DNA from: an uncultured Candidatus Bathyarchaeia archaeon
Lineage (GTDB): Archaea; Thermoproteota; Bathyarchaeia; 40CM-2-53-6; RBG-13-38-9
Length of the DNA: 28,962 nucleotides
Assembly: GCA_964598945.1 (NCBI GenBank)
Contig: CAZRDQ010000018.1
Coordinates: 1 to 28,962, forward strand
Reading direction: 5' to 3'
Within the stretch, counting starts at the first letter, position 1; each line of letters starts with the position of its first letter. The notes under the pieces were generated by a model. That model ran no database searches. It was not told where the DNA came from and worked only from the letters and a program-made list of their open reading frames with translations. Shown here in pieces: positions 25,723-28,962 of this stretch. A program made the translations under genes and the position numbers.

Positions 25723-26399
25723 GACCACAGATCTGCGTCTCAGTCATGCCTAGGTCAGCAGATGAGGGAAAGACCCTCCAAGACAAGGCTAAGCGGAAAG
25801 GGGCTGATCTTGTTGAGATAAGACTCGACCGTCTGAGGCGACCGTCGGAGCTCAGATGGGTATCACAGACAGAGATCCCGATGATAGCCACAGTCCGGCC
25901 GACTCCTCAGGGAGGGGAGTTCACAGGCAGCGAGGAAGAGAGATTTCGAATCCTTCTTGACGCAGCACAGATCGGGTTCGATTATGTTGATATCGACGAT
26001 TCGACTGAGGCCCTTGAGGCGAAGATCAAAGCGCTAAGGGATTCCGGCGTGAAGATCATCTGCTCCCACCATGACATGGAGACAACACCCACTCTCCCAG
26101 AGCTCAAGCAGACACTGAGCCGGAACTCAGGACATGACGCTGACATATACAAGATCGTAACTACAGCCAGAACGGTACAGGACAGTCTAGTTGCTCTAAA
26201 CTTCATCAGTGAAGCGCCCAGACAGCTCAAAGTAGTGTGCTTTGCCATGGGCGAGTTGGGCAAGATCTCAAGGGTGGCCTGCCCAATATTCGGATCCTTC
26301 TTTACAATCGCTGCACTGGAGGCGGGAGCCGAGACAGCTCCGGGCCAGTTAACCATAGACGATCTCAGAGCGATATACGGGAGAATAAAGTTGGACTGA
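25719..26399 (+). CDS. aroD: 3-dehydroquinate dehydratase, type I
   Basis: ICVSVMPRS...GADLVEIRLDRL...IATVRP..QGGEF.GSEEER...DYVDID, and the Schiff-base-lysine context DIYKIVTTA. Confidence 0.85.
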   Translation: MRPQICVSVMPRSADEGKTLQDKAKRKGADLVEIRLDRLRRPSELRWVSQTEIPMIATVRPTPQGGEFTGSEEERFRILLDAAQIGFDYVDIDDSTEALEAKIKALRDSGVKIICSHHDMETTPTLPELKQTLSRNSGHDADIYKIVTTARTVQDSLVALNFISEAPRQLKVVCFAMGELGKISRVACPIFGSFFTIAALEAGAETAPGQLTIDDLRAIYGRIKLD

Positions 26400-26564
26400 G
26401 TTTGCCCCAGAACCCCAGACAGATCCATCCCTAAGGAATGAACACAGCACAGTCGTTCCCCTCTGCGAACTTGTTCATCTGTGAGGCAGCGGCCCAGCCA
26501 ACCGCTCACCTGGATAAGATGAGAAGGATCATTTGCAGAAAAGATTACTGGAGTGCATGTTCCA

Positions 26565-27842
26565 ATGAGACTACTGATTGAAAAAGCTGAAAGGATTACT
26601 GGAGAATCCAGTGTTCCCAGCTCAAAATCACATACGATACGAGCTTTCATATTTGCCTCTCTTGCCGAAGGACGATCCGTTCTTCAGAACGTGTTAGAGT
26701 CCGAGGATACTAGAGCCGCGATAGAAGCGTGCTCAGCATTAGGAGCAGACATAACCAAGAGGGGAGAGGGAGGATTCGAGATCGCTGGCTTTGAAGGACA
26801 TCCAAACGTTAGAAGAGACAAGATTAATACGCTCAACTCAGGCACGACAACGAACTTCATCGCGTCCGTGGCAGCGCTAGCCGATAAGAAGATCATAATC
26901 GATGGTGACGAGTCGATAAGGAGGAGACCTGTCCAGCCGCTTCTATCAGCCTTGAATAATCTTGGCGCAAGAGCCTTCTCCATCAAAAACAACGGCTGCC
27001 CCCCCATAGAAGTACAGGGAAGGATGACAGGAGGAAAAACGGCACTAGACTGCAGAAGTTCACAGTACTTGTCCAGCCTCCTAATATCATGCCCCTTACT
27101 GGAGCGGGACACCGAGATCGAGGCCATGAACTGCTGCGAGCTGCCTTATATCCAGATGACCATGAGATGGCTGGATGAACTTGGCATAAGCTACGAGAAT
27201 AGAGATTTCAAGAAGATCCTGATCCACGGAAAACATAAGTATCCAACCTTCATGAAGACGATTCCTTCGGACTGGAGCTCAGCCACCTTCATACTCGTAG
27301 CAGCAGCAATGCTTGGAGATAGCGTGGTAGTCAAGAATCTTGATCTGAAAGATACTCAAGCAGACAAGGAAGTTCTGAACTATCTTCAAAGAATGGGTTC
27401 AGACATCAAAGTTGAACCGAAAATGATCATAGTAAACAGGTCTGAACTTCACGGTTGCGAACTTGATCTTAACGACACACCCGATGCACTGCCCGCGATA
27501 GCGGTCTTGGGATGCTTTGCAGAAGGCAAGACCACTATCAAGAACGTTGCTCACGCCAGAATAAAAGAGACAGACAGGATAAGAGTGATGACCGAAGAGC
27601 TATCCAAGATGGGAGCCAGGATCAAAGAAACCGATGACGGAATGATCATTGAGCATAGCCAGCTGGTCGGAGCCAAACTGAACGGCCATGGTGACCATCG
27701 CGTCGTCATGGCTCTGAGCTTGGCAGGACTGATTGCTAAAGGAAAGACTGAGATCGAACCAGCCGAGGCTATAAAAGTGACATTCCCCAACTATGTCGAA
27801 GTGATGAAGAATCTAGGAGCGAGAATGAGAATAGAGGACTGA
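26565..27842 (+). CDS. aroA: 3-phosphoshikimate 1-carboxyvinyltransferase (EPSP synthase)
   Basis: N-terminus ...GESSVPSSKSHTIRAFIFASLAEG, then LNSGTTTNF and ...DHRVVMALSLAGL.... ATG 26565 is preferred; the track starts at GTG 26553. Confidence 0.9.
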   Translation: MRLLIEKAERITGESSVPSSKSHTIRAFIFASLAEGRSVLQNVLESEDTRAAIEACSALGADITKRGEGGFEIAGFEGHPNVRRDKINTLNSGTTTNFIASVAALADKKIIIDGDESIRRRPVQPLLSALNNLGARAFSIKNNGCPPIEVQGRMTGGKTALDCRSSQYLSSLLISCPLLERDTEIEAMNCCELPYIQMTMRWLDELGISYENRDFKKILIHGKHKYPTFMKTIPSDWSSATFILVAAAMLGDSVVVKNLDLKDTQADKEVLNYLQRMGSDIKVEPKMIIVNRSELHGCELDLNDTPDALPAIAVLGCFAEGKTTIKNVAHARIKETDRIRVMTEELSKMGARIKETDDGMIIEHSQLVGAKLNGHGDHRVVMALSLAGLIAKGKTEIEPAEAIKVTFPNYVEVMKNLGARMRIED

Positions 27843-27847
27843 TCAGA

Positions 27848-28962
27848 TGTTAGGAAATACTTTTGGCAGGATGTTCAGGGTCACAACATGTGGAGAGTCC
27901 TACGGGATCGGAAAAGGTAGCGGCCTAGCCGTGACAGTTGATGGCGTACCACCAGGGATCATGCTCACTGATGAGATGATCCAGAAGGAGATGGATAAGA
28001 GACGCCCCGGGCAAGGCCAGCTTGACTCTCCCAGAAAGGAGACTGATCAGGTCCACATCTTTGCTGGAATCGGCCAAGACAAGGTGACAACAGGCGCTCC
28101 GATCGGAATGATCGTCTACAACGTCGACACACAACAAGTCCACATAGATCAGTACCGTGACTACAAGGACCTCGTCAGGCCGGGCCACGCAGAGTACACA
28201 TACTTCCTAAAGTACGGAGAGGCTGCCGACTGGTGCGGCGCGGGCAGGGCCTCGGGAAGAGAAACTGTTGGCAGAGTAGCCGCAGGCGCACTAGCGAAGA
28301 TCATTCTTGCACGCGATAATATTGAGGTGATAGCCTACACCAAAGAGTGCGTGGGGATAAGAGCCAAGGAGATGAGCTTCGAGGAGATCAAGAAGAACTA
28401 TCGAAAGAACGAGATAAACTGTCCTGATCTGGAAGCAGCCGAGAAGATGACTGAGAGAGTCCTGGAGGTGAAGAAGGAAGGAGACACAGCAGGAGGAACC
28501 ATTGAGCTGATCATCCGCAACATCCCAGCCAGCTTAGGCGAGCCGGTCTTTGATAAGTTCAGCGCGATGCTGGCCCATGCGATAATGAGCATCGGAGCGG
28601 TCAAGGGCATAGAGTTCGGAGCCGGATTCAGATGCAGCAACATGAAAGGCTCCGAGTTCAACGATCACCCCTACCTTAAGAATGGCAAGGTGAGATTCAG
28701 AACGAATAATGCAGGTGGCGTTCTGGGAGGAATAACGAATGGCGAGGATGTGATTGTCCGAGTTGCGGTCAAGCCCACACCAACCGTCTCAATCGAACAG
28801 CCCTCGATCAACATGAGGACTATGAAAGAAGAGAAGTTGACACCGATAACCAGACGGGACGCAACACTGCTCGGACGAATCTACGCTGTAATCGAAGCCA
28901 TGGCCGCCATCACCACAGTCGACGCCCTATTCATGGATCGCGGCTGGGAAGGCATGGCAAGG
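27848..28962 (+). CDS. aroC: Chorismate synthase (3' end beyond the window)
   Basis: Not in the ORF track because no stop is reached. Manual translation gives MLGNTFGRMFRVTTCGESYG...KRRPGQ...RPGHAEYTY.LKYG...GAGRASGRETVGRVAAGALAK.... The frame is open to the window end. Confidence 0.9.

Noticed and set aside
26438-26581. A 47-aa ORF in the aroD-aroA spacer.
   Set aside because: It has no SD or TATA context, overlaps the aroA start out of frame, and has no recognisable motif or aroE/aroK remnant.
1-28962. A scan for CRISPR arrays, tRNA/rRNA genes, inteins and toxin-antitoxin or defence-island gene sets.
   Set aside because: There are no regularly spaced direct repeats. There is no tRNA T-arm-like GGTTCGAATCC-type motif in intergenic DNA. 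pyrG, glmS and AOR have normal lengths without insertions. Apart from the tnpB units, the gene content is housekeeping.

Overview
This is an archaeal chromosomal window. The evidence is TATA-type promoters, NucS/EndoMS, an Sm-like protein, Rio2, CofC/CofD, and the archaeal ADH-synthase / DHQ-synthase-II entry into the shikimate pathway. Lineage cannot be fixed from sequence alone.

Most of the window is housekeeping or metabolic:
- hbd, a 4-cluster ferredoxin and a tungsten-type aldehyde:ferredoxin oxidoreductase.
- A CMD-family protein.
- A 772-aa glycoprotein-like surface protein, preceded by a 51-aa RHH-like ORF that is missing from the ORF track.
- A ParB/Srx-fold protein, possibly SerK-like.
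- nucS, Sm, rio2, pyrG, purA, cofC-cofD and glmS.
- Two ECF-S-like membrane proteins.
- A long + strand supra-operon: aspartate kinase, asd, aroA', aroB', aroD, aroA, aroC. It runs off the 3' end. aroE and aroK are absent from the position between aroD and aroA.

The accessory content is three TnpB-only IS200/IS605-family units:
- A 3' fragment at 9922-10341 (-).
- Two intact diverged paralogues at 10461-11741 and 14805-16046 (+), roughly 85% amino-acid identity by manual alignment.
- These carry subterminal TTCA-loop hairpins, a conserved internal TATA box, and conserved 3' stem-loops compatible with an omega-RNA.
- All three 3' ends point into the start of a host gene.

No rRNA, tRNA or CRISPR array was seen, and I did not find a convincing novel multi-gene defence system. 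The TnpB/hairpin cluster, with a non-canonical RuvC-II motif, is the best candidate for something new. Several gene starts in the ORF track look wrong (glmS, nucS, purA, tnpB copy 1). Two conserved N-termini (the ferredoxin and aroA') have no canonical start codon.
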